NCBI RefSeq assembly: GCF_963921235.1
Contig: NC_086097.1
Location: forward strand, 38,194,001-38,258,000
Reading direction: 5' to 3'
DNA length: 64,000 bases
From: Mobula hypostoma
Lineage: Eukaryota
Part shown: positions 49,985-64,000 of the stretch, piece after piece
Numbering within the stretch: position 1 is the stretch's first letter
How the letters are laid out: each line of letters opens with the position of its first letter
Made by a program: the position numbers and the translations under genes
Notes under the pieces: model-generated
What the model saw: only the letters and a program-made list of their open reading frames with translations
The model's database searches: none
Told to the model about the DNA's origin: nothing

Positions 49985-52972
49985 TCGAGAGGGTTTAAAC
50001 TAATTTGCAAGGGGGATGGGACCCAGAGCGATAGAGCAGTGAAAGAAGTGCATGGAGTAAAGCCAGATCTAACATGTAGAGAGACTTTGAGGAAAGAGAA
50101 GCAGAATAAACAATGTAAAGACAGTAAGGTAGAAGGGCTGAAATGTGTGTACCTCAATGCAAGAAGCATCAGGAGCAAAGGTGATGAACTGAGAGCTTGG
50201 ATACATACATGGAATTATGATGTAGTGGCCATTACAGAGACTTGGCTGGCACCAGGGCAGGAATGGATTCTCAATATTCCTGGATTTCAGTGCTTTAAAA
50301 GGGATAGAGAGGGCGGAAAAAGGGGAGGAGGGGTGGCATTACTGGTCAGGAATACCATTACAGCTACAGAAAGGGTGGGTAATGTAGCAGGATCCTCTTT
50401 TGAGTCAATATGGGTGGAAGTCAGGAACAGGAAGGGAGCAGTTACTCTATTGGGAGTATTCTATAGGCCCCCTGGTAGCAGCAGAGATACAGAGGAGCAG
50501 ATTGGGAGGCAGATTTTGGAAAGGTGCAAAAATAATTGGGTTGTTATCATGGGTGACTTTAACTTCCCTAATATTGATTTGCACCTGATTACTTCCAAGG
50601 GTTTAGATGGGGCAGAGTTTGTTAAGTGTGTCCAGGATGGATTCCCGTCACAGTATGTGGACAGGCCGACTAGGGGGAATGCCATACTAGATCTAGTACT
50701 AAGTAATGAACCAGGTCAGGTCACAGATCTCTCAGTGGGTGAGCATCTGGGGGACAGTGACCACTGCTCCCTGGCCTTTAGCATTATCATGGAAAAGGAT
50801 AGAATCAGAGAGGACAGGAAAACTTTTAATTGGGGAAAGACAAATTATGAGGCTATAAGGCTAGAACTTGTGGGTGTGAATTGGGATGATGTTTTTGCAG
50901 GGAAATGTACTATGGACATGTGGTCGATGTTTAGAGATCTCTTGCAGGATGTTAGGGATCAATTTGTCCCGGTGAGGAAGATAAAGAATGGTAGGGTGAA
51001 GGAACCATGGGTGACAAGTGAGGTGGAGAATCTAGTCAGGTGGAAGAAGGCAGCATACATGAGGTTCAGGAAGCAGGAATTACATGGGTCTATTGAGGAA
51101 TATAGGGTAGCAAGAAAAAAGCTTAAGAAGGGGCTGAGAAGAGCAAGAAGGGGGCATGAGAAGGTCTTGGCGAGTAGGGTAAAGGAAAACCCCAAGGCAT
51201 TCTTCAATTATGTGAAGAAAAAAAGGATGACAGGAGTGAAGGTAGGACCGATTAAAGATAAAGGAGGCTGTGGAAGTGAGCGAGATCCTCAATGAATACT
51301 TCTCTTCAGTATTCACCAATGAGAGGCAACTTGATGATGGTGAGGACAATATGAGGGAGGTTGATGTTCTGGAGCATGTTGATATTAAGGGAGAGGAGGC
51401 GTTGGAGTTGTTAAAATACATTAGGACGGATAAGTCCCCGGGGCCTGACGGAATATTCCCCAGGCTGCTCAACGAGGCGAGGGAAGAGATTGCTGAGCCT
51501 CTGGCTAGGATCTTTATGTCCTCGTCCACAGGAATGGTACCGGAGGATTGGAGGGAGGTGAATATTGTTCCCTTGTTCAAAAAAGGTAGTAGGGATAGTG
51601 CGGGTAATTATAGACCAGTGAGCCTTACGTCTGTGGTGGGAAAGCTGTTGGAAAAGGTTCTTAGAGATACGATCTCTGGGCATTTAGAGAATCATGGTCT
51701 GATCAGGGACAGTCAGCATGGCTTTGTGAAGAGCAGATCGTGTCTAACAAGACTGATAGAGTTCTTTGAGGAGGTGACCAGGCATATAGATGAGGGTAGT
51801 GCAGTGGATGTGATCTATATGGATTTTAATAAGGCATTTGACAAGGTTCCACATGGTAGGCTTATTCAGAAAGTCAGAAGGAATGGGATCCAGGGAAGTT
51901 TGGCCAGGTGGATTCAGAATTGGCTTGCCTGCAGAAGGCAGAGGGTCGTGGTGGAGGGAGTACATTCAGATTGGAGGATTGTGACTTGTGGTGTCCCACA
52001 TGGATCTGTTCTGGGACCTCCACTTTCTGTGATTTTTATTAACGACCTGGATGTGGGGGTAGAAGGGTGGGTTGGCAAGTTTGCAGACGACACAAAGGTT
52101 GGTAGTGTTGTAGATAGTGTAGAGGATTGTCAAAGATTGCAGAGAGACATTGATCGGATGCAGAAGTGGGCTGAGAAGTGGCAGATGGAGTTCAACCTGG
52201 AGAAGTGTGAGGTGGTACACTTTGGAAGGACAAACTCCAAGGCAGAGTACAAAGTAAATGGCAGGATACTTGGTAGTGTGGAGGAGCAGAGGGATCTGGG
52301 GGTACATGTCCACAGATCCCTGAAAGTTGCCTTGCAGGTAGTTAAGAAAACTTATGGGGTGTTAGGTTTCATAAATCGAGGGATAGAGTTTAAGAGTCGC
52401 GATGTAACGATGCAGCTCTATAAAACTCTGGTTAGGCCACACTTGGAATACTGTGTCCAGTTCTTGTCGCCACACTATAGGAAGGATGTGGAAGCATTGG
52501 AAAGGGTACAGAGGAGATTTACCAGGATGCTGCCTAGTTTAGAGAGTGTGCATTATGATCAGAGATTAAGGAAGCTAGGGCTTTACTCTTTGGAGAGGAG
52601 GAGGATGAGAGGAGACATGATAGAGGTGTACAAGATAACAAGAGGAATAGATAGAGTGGATAGCCAGCACCTCTTCCCCAGGGCACCACTGCTCAATACA
52701 AGAGGACATGGCTTTAAGGTAAGGGGTGTGAAGTTCACGGGGGATATTAGAGGAAGGTTTTTTACTCAGAGAGTGGTTGGTGCGTGGAATGCACTGCCTG
52801 AGTCAGTGGTGGAGGCAGATATACTAGTCAAGTTTAAGAGACTACTAGAGGCTACTATAGGTATATGGAGGAATTTAAGGTGGGGGCTTATATGGGAGGC
52901 AGCGTTTGAGGGTTAGCACAACATTGTGGGCCGAAGGGCCTGTACTGTGCTGTACTATTCTATGTTCTATGT
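49985..52972 (+). mobile_element. Young CR1-type LINE with near-complete ORF2 (APE endonuclease plus RT) broken by a frameshift
   Basis: ORFs 49958..51295 (NARS, ITETW, GDFN, SDH) and 51270..52916 (KAFDKVPH, KFADD); (TTCTATG)2 tail. Confidence 0.95.
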
Positions 52973-54111
52973 ATCTCAATTTTTAAAAAATGTAAGTAAC
53001 AAATTGGAACCCTGGATGAAATGAATGGGAAAATATGCTAGATAATGAAAATGAGGCAGCAAAACAGCTTTCTGTGTGCACATGTCAACCATCATCTCTG
53101 CTCCTGCTTGACCATGCTCAAATTGCCATTCACACCCTGTAGGGCATTCCGCTGAGCCCCCCCTCCACGTTCAGCCCCACATCACAAACTGCAGACTGGG
53201 TGAGGCTGTCCGCAGCAAGACCAATTAGCAAGTATGCAGCAGGAGACTGGTTCTGCTTACCCTCCACTGACCTGTGCATGCTGTAATACATAAAAAGCAT
53301 GACACGAGGCTGCAGTTACAGCAGCAACATTAGACATCACGGATTTTCTCTGACAGTCTTAAAATAGAATTGCAAGATGATGATCTGATTGTATATCTTG
53401 ATCATTTGAAACAACTGCGCAATGATGAAATTTCAGTTCAGAGACCTATTGGAGATGCATATTCCAGATTGGGTGGTGGATCCATTTGGGGTGAATGTGA
53501 ATGATGTTGACACCACATTGTAAGAATGTGTTATTGAGTGATTATAACAGCTCAAGCAAAGTTCAAATGCAGCAAGCAAAATTTCTGGATAAATAGTGCT
53601 ACTCGAAATAAGCTCTGGGAGAAGGCAAAGTTGTTTTTATTAGATTTCCCACCTTTTATCAAGTTGAATGTGGTTTTAGTTAAGCTATCAAGCTCATAAC
53701 TGTCTCGACATGAAAAATGAGGACCTTCGATCATCTTTAATCAAGTTATAATCAGATATTCAAAAACTTACCAGTTTTTATCAGTCACAAGGCTCTCACT
53801 AAATACCCAAAGTAACAATATTAAGTGCGTTTTCATTGCTGGTTGGAACAATATTTTACATATTACAAATAAAACATCCTATTCAGAGCTTTGAAATAGT
53901 TTTATTTTTCATATACACATGTAACATTATATTTAACATATAATACCAAGGACCTGTTAAGACACAAATATTGACTGTATATTAAAATAGTACAGTTGTG
54001 CAAAAATAACTGTAGCAACCAACAGACTATGGAGGGTGGGGCCACAGAGGTAAATGAAAGTCGCAAGTGGGTAGTGAAAAGGTTGAAAAACACTGATATG
54101 GGTGATAGTGT

Positions 54112-54975
54112 GATGGCTTTGTGGCCAAGTTTGCAAACGATATGAAGGTGGGTGAAGGGGCAGGTGGTGTATAGGAAGCAGTGAGTCTGCAGAAGAACTT
54201 AGATTAGGAGAATGAGCAAAGAAGTGGCAGATGGAATACAGCATAGGGAAGTGTATGGTCACGCACTTTGCTAGAAGAAATAAAGGCATAGACTATTTTC
54301 TAAATGGGGAGAAAATCCAAAAATCAGAGGTGTAAAGGGACTTAGGAGTCTTTGTGCAGGATTCCTGGAAGGTTAGCGTGCAAGTTGAGTTGGTAAGGAA
54401 AGTGTTTATTTCAAGAGGACTTGAATATAAAAGCAAGGGTGTGATGCTGATGCTTTAAGGCTTTGGTCCAACTGCACATAGTGTTGTGAGCAATTTTGGT
54501 CCCTGTTCTAAGAAAAAAAAGTGCCAGCATTGGAGAGGGTCCAGGGGAGGTTCAAAAAAATGATTCAGGGAATGAAAGGGTTAAAATATGAAGAACATTT
54601 GATGGCTCTGGGTTTGTATTCACTGGCACTTAGAAGAATGAGAGTGGTTGGGATCTCATTGAAACCTATATTTCCTAAAGTGGGAGAATCTAGGACCAGA
54701 TGAACCACAGCCTCAGAATAGAGAGACGTTCATTTAGAACAGATGAGGAGGAATTTCTTTAACAGCGAGAAGTGAATCTGTGGAATTCATTGCCACAAAC
54801 AGCTGTGGAGGCCAAGTCATTGGGTATATCTCAAGTGGAGGTTGGGAGGTTCTTGATTAGTCAAGGTGCCAAACCAGGAGAATGGGGTTGAGAGGAATAA
54901 TAAATCAGTCATGATCGAATGGTGGAGTAGAATGGGCTGAAAGGCCCAATTGTGCTCCTGTGTCTTATGGTTCTT
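54112..54975 (+). mobile_element. Decayed CR1 3' fragment
   Basis: Paralogous to 9500-10440; tail gtcttatggttcttg. Confidence 0.8.
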
Positions 54976-55747
54976 GAAACTATGTTCTTGCTGTATGATT
55001 TTCTCGCACAATTCATTAATGGATGAGGCAAGATGGCAGATGGTTTGATTTTTGGGGCAGCTTAGCTCTGTCTAGCACATGCTGCTTTTGAGTTTAGCTC
55101 TGTGTGTTGCAGCTTCCTAGGTGGCATTTCATTTTAAGTGCACCTGGTAACAACTAAAAGGCAGTAACACATAGCAACTGCTTTGCCTTTCTGAACCAAG
55201 GTTAAACTGCTGGTTCTGCTTGCCAGATCATGAAACTACAAATTATGCAGCCAGACATTCATTAAGTATTGGAACAGGGTTTGCAGGGTTTGAATCTGTG
55301 AATATTTTCCCTGAAGGCTATCTGTGAGAGAGGTGGGTAATTTTTCTGGTTACCATTTCAAACATTTTTAAATTCCAGATTATTTGATGAGTTTTACTGA
55401 AGTTTCTCCAGCATGCTAGGTTGGGAATTGAATTTGTGTTTTCAAGTCTCTGCCTTGATGTGGAAGGACTGATTTGAAAGTGAAATTAAGTTTGGGCTCA
55501 GGAAGTAGTCAGTGTGCAAGTTAGAAATGGCTTTTGCTCTATAATAGAACAATTATGGGAAGATGGTTTGTAAAGACCCCTACCAATTCAAACACTGAGT
55601 AGCAGAATAGCAGTTATAGCTTTGCTTGTCAATGCATATCTCAACCAAGACTTGATTTATGGCATGACTTCGGACAAAGCACAACTTGGTGTCCTTCACA
55701 GACTCACTCAAACCAGTTATTTCTTAACTTCTAAACAGTTAAATCTA

Positions 55748-56294
55748 TGTAACCCTCAAGTTTGGCTCGTCGCTTAATCTAGGGGAAGACGGTCTCCGGC
55801 CCGACCAAACTTGAGAAATCTTGTTTGGGTGGATGCTGAGTGATGTGTTCCCCTGTTACAAATCAGTACCACGAAATAACAAACAATACACAATAGACAA
55901 TCAAACGATTGAGCTTTATAATTCTTAATTTGACTATAGGGTTAATAAAGAAAAAGGGCCCATTCTCATGAGACAGTCTAATGCGCAACATTGGAGCTCA
56001 TGGTTTTCCTGTCTGTTCATTCTCCATCGATTTTCCCCCAGCACTGTCAACTCCCGACCCCATTCCAAGTCCATTCTGTCCTGCAGTCTACGACTTTACC
56101 ATTCTGGCATCTTCTCTCTCCACCTTCTGCCGAATAAAACACTGTGAAGCCTTCTCTCGGGCACATAAGAAAGAAAAACGCACCTCTCATTGGATGGCAT
56201 ACATTCCAAAGCCCCTGTTATCTCTAGTCATAACCCAAACACTAGTGCTACAGAGAAACCATTACAGTAACAGTGAAACCTCTGGAGCCTTACA
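55748..56294. mobile_element. Solo LTR (probably Gypsy/Ty3-type)
   Basis: TGTAA...TTACA termini, 547 bp, flanks TCTA/TTTA (4-bp TSD with one mismatch). Confidence 0.6.
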
Positions 56295-57453
56295 TTTAAA
56301 TCATCCATATTTTATCACAGATTGTTCTTCATCTCTTCCATTAATTCCATAATCCAAGCAGATCTTTGAGATAAAATGTGCTTGATAATTGAACAGAAAG
56401 TGGCAACTTGGATCCGAAATACCTATTGTAGAAAGCAAACAATAATGTCAACATGAATTTTAGAAACTGGAAGGCTTCAGTTAGGATTACTCCAAGGTTC
56501 ACTGCTTAGTCCCATGGTTGTCTTAGTGTTTTTTTTTTGGTACTAAGATTTTTATATGAATGCAAGAGCCATAATTATGAATGCAGATACTAACTAAATT
56601 AGTATTATTAATGAAGAAAACTGTAGGCTGCAAGAAGATGCTCATGGAATGGTCAAATGGAAATGTTCCAAATGGAATTCCACGTAAAAAAGAATAGAAT
56701 ATAGAAGTGTAAGCAGTTCAGTGCAATATTCCCTGAATTAGAAAGACAGATCAATAAGGTAGTCAAAAAGACACACTGAATGCTTGTCCTTCTTGAAATA
56801 AGAGGTCACATTAAAATCTTATAAAAATATAAGATTCCATGTATCTCATGTAATCTGAGTTGATGCAATTTGTTTGCAATTTAAATATGTCACTGCTTGG
56901 ACAAAACTAGAACAATGCCAAGGCATCCTTTTAATGATTAATCGAAGTTCAAACTGTTTTCCAAAATAATATGTAAATAGAGATTAAGTATCCTGAAAGC
57001 CACAGTGTATTAAACCTCAACATCCATTCCTAAAAGCTTGGCAGTAGCTACAACCAATTTTTCATAAATATTCCAATGAACACAGCGTGCCAACAGCCAC
57101 AAGGTCCTTTTAAAATATGCAGTAGTATAGTCTCAATATTTAAAAATTTGAGTTTACACTCTTGTATTACACAGGAGTATAGCTGAGTATATTGAAAATG
57201 AGCTGAAGGTAGAAAATATTAGTGATGGATGTCTTTTCAATTAGTGATGAAGAATTATTGTAGGTTGAATCCATGGAGCAAGAACATTTGAAAGATTGTA
57301 GCGGTTGAAGATATTAATCCAGATAGCATCCATCATTTCTAAAATACATTGGCAGTGCTATGCAAATGCTAGCTAACTATAATAATTGTGCATAGCTTAA
57401 ATATGTTAATAATTTTGCCTTAAAGCTCAAGATCTCTATAAACCTAAGATATA

Positions 57454-58444
57454 TACTCAGTGGCCACTTTATTAGGTACACCTGCTCATTAATGCTTGGT
57501 AACTGCTGATGTCCTGGGATTTTCACACACACAGCAGTCACTATTTATTACAGAGAATAGTGAAAGAATCAACAACAAAAAACATCCTACGATTGACAGC
57601 CTGTGGGCAAAAATGCCTTGTTAATGAGAGGGGTCAGAGGAGAATGACTAGACTGGTTCAAGACCAAAGAACTGATTGTAGACTTCAGAAAGGGTAAGAT
57701 AAAGGAACATACACCAGTCCTCATGGAGGTATCAGAAGTGGAAAGCATAAGCAATTTCAAGTTCCTCGGTGTCAATATCTGAGGATCTAACCTGGACCCA
57801 ACATATCAATGCAGCTACAAGCAGTGGCTATATTTCATTAGGAGTTTGAGGAGATTTGGTACGTCACCAAAGACACTTGCAAATTTCAACAGGTGTACCA
57901 TGGAGAGCATCCTAACTGGCTGCACCACCATCTGGTATGGGTGGAGGTGAGGGAGGGAGATGCAGCTACTGCACAGGATCGAAATCAGCTGCAGAGAGTT
58001 GTAAACTTAGTCAGCCCCATCAAGGATACTAGCCTCTGTAGTTTTTCAGAACATCTTCAAGGACTGATGACTGAAAAAGGCAGCATTCATCATTAAGGAC
58101 TCCCATTACCCAGATCATGCCTTGTTCTCATTGCTACCATCAGGAAAGAAGTACAGAAGCCTGAAGGCACCTACTCAACAATTCGGGAACAGCTTCTTCC
58201 CTTCTGCCGTGGACTGTAATGCACATTTTGTTTTCTGTTCAACACATTTGATGACATATGTCAGTGATATGAAATCTGATTCTGAAGCTGACAGGAGGAA
58301 AGCAACAGTAACTATGCATTACAACAATGATGTACAGAAGAACCTCTCTGAATGCACAACATGTCAAACCTTGAAGTGAATGGGCTACAGCAGCAGAAAA
58401 CCACAACAGGTTCCACTCCTGTAACTAATAATGGCCACTGAGTG
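57454..58444. mobile_element. Non-autonomous Tc1-like element containing a nested Rex1 3' fragment (57663-58284)
   Basis: TIRs ACTCAGTGGCCA / TGGCCACTGAGT with TA flanks. The insert ends in tctgattctg, with AAG on both sides. Confidence 0.8.
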
Positions 58445-59024
58445 TATAATGCTTTAGTGGCGCATCCAGTTCATTCTGTTTATCCATTTAAAAAATCTTG
58501 TCCGAATGTATTGATAGCATTATATTTGTTCTCTGTAAATATCTTATTGTGCGGTAACAAACACTTATAATGAGGATGGGACCCTGGTTGTGAAGGCTGA
58601 TGTAATCATTCTCATGCTAATTAAAATGTCTTCCTCCTCCTTTAAATTGTGTGAACATCTTCCTGTCTAGCTAAGGGTGGCAGAAAGGTATGTGCTACAA
58701 CAATGTTTTAACTATTGTAACCTTCACAAGCAATATATTTACACACTTGTTAAAGGAAGAACTATCCTGGGAAATAACATGAAGCCCTTGGGATCTGAGT
58801 ATTCTAAACATGAATAGTTCACTTCCTAATACAAAGGTTTGTGACTTGCTTAACTTGCATTAAATGCTAAATCTCCTGGTTCAGAGAAACCCCAATTACA
58901 GTAGTTCTGATGTGAACATTGTCTATACTTGTGTTTTATGCAGACTTTCATATCCTTATCCTTTTACTATTTGTGTGATTTCTTGACTCACTAAATTTCA
59001 CCCATCTGGTATCCTAAGAACTTT

Positions 59025-59735
59025 AGAAATAGGAGTAGGGGTAGGCCATCTCATCTGCCAAGCCTGCTCTGCCAATCTGGCCATGGGCTCAGCTCCGCAT
59101 ACAGTACCTGCCCTTAAATATATTTAATGAAGTAGCCTCTGCTGCTTCTTGAAGGAAAATTCTATAGATTCACTGTTCTGGTTAAAGTAGTTCCTCCTCA
59201 TCTCCATCCTAAATCTATTCCCCTGAACCTTGAGGCTACGTCCTCTAGTTCTAGTTTCAGTTACCAGTGGAATCATCTTTTTTGCATAGTCCCAGGTGAC
59301 TTGCTGTCTCCTCATAGGCTAACCCTTTCATTTCCAGAACCAGCCAAGTGAGCGTCCTCTGCAGTGCTACTCAACTCAGCCCATCTTGCCTCAAGTAAGG
59401 AGACCAGAGCTGCTCACAGTAGTCGAGGTGTAGTCTCACCAATACCCTGTTCAGCTGCAGCATAATCTCCCGGCTCTTAAATTCAATCCCTCTAGTGATA
59501 AAGACAAACATCCCTTTTTCCTCCTTGACAACCTGTTGCACCTGTAAACCAAACTTTTGATTCATCTGCAAACACTCCCAAGTCTCTCTGTACAACAGCA
59601 TGCTGCAGTCTTTCACCATCTAAGTAATAATCTGATATATTTTTCCTTCCAAAGTGGATGACCTTGCATGTACCAACATTGTACTCTATCTGCCAGACCC
59701 TTGCTTACTCACTTAACCTATCTCTCTGCAGACTC
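59025..59735 (-). mobile_element. Decayed CR1 3' fragment
   Basis: RGIEFKSREIMLQL..LVRLHLDYC; TRGRSLK. Confidence 0.8.
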
Positions 59736-61189
59736 ATTAGTAAGATTTCTGTTTAAAATTGTACTTAAGTGTTGGTTTATATCATCCCCCTCATACCTAA
59801 CTGCATTTTAGATTTATAATCTAAATATATAGTATAATCAATCTAGCTTTTGTAGCTTTTTGTACATGAACACCAGATATTGATGAATAAGCCTTGAAAG
59901 TGAGGTGATAATACATTTTTTTCTGCAATATGAAACTATAGTCCATTGGTGTGTTGTGTCAGTACTGATAAAGCTTCATCTTTCTTTCCTTTTCGACATT
60001 TCAATTGCCACAAAAGACTCAGTTCTGCAAAAGTAGTTAGGAGGTGAACATTTGGATGGCTCTTGAAGATTCATTTAAAAATTGCTGCATGGAAGTCAAA
60101 ACCTGTGTAGCATTAATCTGACATTAAAAATTCTGTTCATCAGCTGGGACTGGTGCTGATTTTAAGCCTACTGATTTCTTAAAAGAACCAGACAGTCATG
60201 AGGATTTAAATAGTTATTTTCATCAACAGTTGTTTCAACTTCACAGAATTATTCTAAAGTTATTATTAAATTCCAGTGGTGAATATATTAGAACTGCCAA
60301 ATTTAGTAGCTGGATTAAAAACTGGTTTAATACAAATTGATATGTAGAAATGTAGAGTCTGAGAAGGTTGAAAGTTTGATCCTTGTATCAGGTAATGATA
60401 CTGCAGTGTAACTGCATTCTGCATTGCTGAAGGTTTAACTGTCAGGTGACATAATAAACTCTCTGACCTTTCTGACTTAGAAACCTATTAAAGATTCCAT
60501 GGCATTTTTCAAAGACAAAATGCAATCTCTGATATCCTGGGCCTTGGGTGGGTATCATTAATGAAGAATAAATGGTCTTAAATCTCACAAAATTTATTTT
60601 AGAAAAATGTAAAAAAAAAATAGCTGCCCTGCTTGTCTGGGTCTTTGCTATTGGATTCCAAGTGATCTTTGTTTTCTAAAATATTTTTGAAGGGTTTTGA
60701 TGTGAAATTCTGAATAAATGCTAGAATTCAAAACAGAAGTCTTGAGTTGGATTAAAACTGCATGTTTACTGTTCATACGTATGTGAACCGCATAATCTTC
60801 TTAGATGTGAGATTTAATCCTTAAAAGGCCTCTGGAAAATGTGTGTGACAAAATGTAATATTCTTATTAACCTTGTGTTGTCCTCAAATAGACATGTATT
60901 GCAAAGAAGCATTAATTACAATCAGAATTGTAAAGCCACAGTTATCCAGGTCATGTTTAATTGCCTGTAAAGGTTAATGAAAAAGTCAAATCAAATCAAA
61001 GATCCAGTTTCAGAGAGGTGTGCAATGTGTCTAGGAGTTTGGAAGTACAATTATTTGGCATTGTAGTATTGGAAATGGAGCTATGCTCAATAAATGAGAG
61101 ACTTGTTATGTCGAAGCATTTTTAAATGAGTTTTTGGTTTGGTTAGTATGTTGCTAATTAGTGTAAAAAAAAGATGCACTTCACATACT

Positions 61190-63182
61190 GCCAAAGGCTG
61201 ACATTAAGCATGCACTCAATGTATTGAATGCTGCCGTCAGCAAACAAGAAACGGCATACCCCCATGCATTTCAAATTATTGTTGGAGACTTCAGTTAGAT
61301 GTCAATCTGTTTGAAGAAATCTCTGCCCGGTTATCATCAACATATCATGTGCAGCACCCAGGGCCCCAATATACTTGACCACTGCTATACTACAGTTAGA
61401 AGTGCCTACCATTCTACGCCTAGACCACATTTCAGGAAATCTGATCACTTGGCTTCCCCCCTTTACAGGCAGAGGCTAATAAGCAAGGCTCCAGAGATAA
61501 GACAAAAGAGGTGCTCACGGGTGGCAAAGGAGTGGCTATGGTTTTTCATTGAGTCAGTGAACTGGGCCATGTTCAAGGACTCATCAGAGGATCTGAACCA
61601 ATACTGTACACCACAATTGTCACAGACATTGTAAGAACAGTCGTAGATGAGAGTCTCCCCACAAAATCATTGTGTGTTCCTCAGAAGACCAGAACTCCTG
61701 GTTAATAAATGAGATCCATAATCTGCTGGGCACCAGCTCAGTGGTGTTCAGGTCCGGTGACCAAGTAAGATACCAGTGGTCCAGGTACAATCTCTGCAAA
61801 GCCATTTGACATGTGAAGTGGTAATTCTGGACTAAACTTGAATCACTGAAGGATGCTCGACAGCTGTGGCAGGGCTTGAATGCTATCACCTCTTACAAAG
61901 TGATAACAGGCAACATAAGTGACGACAAGTCTTTTCTCCCAGATGAGCTCAATGCCTTTTATGCTTGCTTTTACTATCAAAACATGGAAGCAACTTCATG
62001 AACACCTACTGCCCCCCATGACCCTGTGGTTTCAGTCTCTGAAGCCAATATGAGAGTGAACCCACGGAAAGTATCCAGCCCAGACGGGGTATCTGACTGA
62101 GTACTCAAGACCTGTGCTGATCAACCTGCTGGAGTGTTCACCGATATCTTTAACCTCTCACTTCAGCTGTCACCTGCCCCCCCTGCCTCAAGCAGGCTTC
62201 GATTATTTTGGTGCCTAAGAAGAATGTGGTAACCTGCTTCAGTGATCATCACTCGCATGTAATGGTCATTGAGTAATACACAATGTATTGCTCACATTCA
62301 CCTGGGAAGTGCTTTGAGAGATTGGTGATGAAACATATCAACTCCTGCCTGAGATGGACCCAAGTCACCCCCCACTACAGGCCAACAGCAGATCCCATTT
62401 CATTGGCTCTTCACTCAATCCTGGAACATCTGGACAGCAAAGATGCATGCGTACATTAGGATGCTCTTAATTGACTACAGCCTGGCGTTCAATACTATTA
62501 TCCCCTCAAAAGTGATCAATAAGCTTCAAGACTGTGGCCGTGCAATTGGATCCCCTGCTCTGCTCACTTTATACTTATGACTGTGAGGCTAAGCACAGCT
62601 CCAATGCCATATTTAACTTTGTTGACAATGGCACTGTTTTTAGCTGAATAAAGGATGGTGAGAATAAGCATACGGGAGGAAGGTTGAAAATCTGGCTGAG
62701 TGGTGCCACAACAACCGCTACTCATTCAATGTCAGTAAGACCAAGGAGCTGATGATTGACTTCAGAAGGAGGAAACTGGAGGGCCATGAGCCAGTTTCAT
62801 TGGGGATCAGAGGTGGAGAGGGTCAGCAACTGGAAATTCCTTTGTTAACGTGAATGTGCAATACAGGTTGTTCATGAGCTCTGCAGTACCAGGTTCAGCT
62901 CTTGAACCAGAGGGGATAACTTCGCTCAACTTCACTTGTCCCATCACTGAACAGTTCCCAAACCTATGGACACACCATCAAGGATCCTTCATCATATGTT
63001 CTTGATATTCATCGCTTTTTTTTGTACTTTGGGTGTTGTCATTTACACATTGGTTGTTTGTCCTGTTGGGTGTGGTCTTTCATTGATTCTGTAGTGTTTT
63101 TTTGGATTTACTCAGTATGCTTGCAAGAAAACAAATCTCGGGGTTGTATATGTACTTTGATAATTTACTTTTAACTTGAACT
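61190..63182 (+). mobile_element. Decayed Rex1/Babar LINE
   Basis: LDHCYT, KSDH; paralogous to 27200-28290 and 33930-35610. Confidence 0.85.
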
Positions 63183-64000
63183 TTGAAAAAGATAAATGAG
63201 GGTAGAAATGTGGATGTTATCTATTTGGACATTACCCAGGTCTTTGAGGTCCAACGTAATCAGCTGTTCTGGAAGTTTGGGTCCCATGGAATCCAGGAAG
63301 TGTTGGGTTGGATTCAAAATTGGTTCAGAGATGGGAAGTTAAAGCTGGTGGTTGAATGTTTCATGGAATAGAGGCCAGTGATTTGTTTTTTGCCACAGGA
63401 GTGGTGTTGAGACACTTGTTTGTTAATTATGTAAATGACTTAGATGCAAATTTACAGGTTTTGATCAGTAAGATTGCGGATGGCATGAAATTAGGAAGTG
63501 TTGTTGATGGCGGAGAAGGTTATTGAAGATTATGATCTGTTGGAGAAGTTGAGGTGTGGCAAGTGGATTTCAATACTGATAAGTGTGAGGTGAAGCATTT
63601 TGGAAAGTCAACCCAATGTAGGACTTGTACTGTGAATGATAATGGACTAGGGAGTGTAATGGAACAGAGCAACGGAGGAGTGCAAATGCAGAGTCTAGTG
63701 AAAGCATTTCATAGGTTGACAGTGGTGAAGAGGGTGTTTAGCATGTTTGCCTTCACTCAGGGCGCAGGGTATAGGAGCTAGAACATTATGTGGCAGTTGT
63801 ATGAGTTGTTGGGGAGGCTGTAATTGGAATACTGTTTAGTGTTATAAGAAAGACATAAAATTAGAGAGCGTGCAGAAAAGATGTACCAGGAACTTGCCAA
63901 GACTAGAGGTCCTGAGTTATAGTGAGCGGCTGCCCCAAAGCTAGATCTTTATTCCTTGAAATTTAGGAGAATGAGCAGGGCCGGCGATCTGACAGAAATG
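63183..64000 (+). mobile_element. Decayed CR1 RT fragment, running off the window end
   Basis: VDVIYLD, WQVDFNTDKCEV. Confidence 0.75.

Noticed and set aside
53370..53450. TGATGA motifs suggesting a C/D snoRNA (also ~43425, ~47943, ~57244)
   Set aside because: No properly spaced D box with a terminal stem.

Overview
Vertebrate genomic DNA, most likely a cartilaginous fish. That assignment is inferred from HE1/V-SINE-like, CR1, Rex1, Tc1 and Penelope-like repeats. The minus strand carries a complete TTC8/BBS8 gene: 14 coding exons between 40564 and 4854, all GT-AG, 1518 nt in total (505 aa plus stop). It lies head-to-head with the first coding exon of an EML5/EML6-family gene (42187-42383, +). 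EML5 is favoured by synteny with TTC8. Only 1.6 kb separates the two ATGs, and this interval holds RFX X-box-like and NRF1-like motifs in a CpG-retaining island. Introns are packed with decayed and nested transposons. The most notable non-obvious signal is a dispersed Penelope-like element family. Its 3' end carries a minimal type-I hammerhead ribozyme (consensus CAGTC-CTGATGA-AGGGTCTCGGCCC-GAAAC-GTC-GACTG), seen in at least 7 full or partial copies. These include a covarying stem II variant, a core-intact copy in the bidirectional promoter, and ~200-bp fold-back derivatives flanked by target-site duplications. Exon coordinates were read at splice junctions; transposon boundaries are approximate unless stated.
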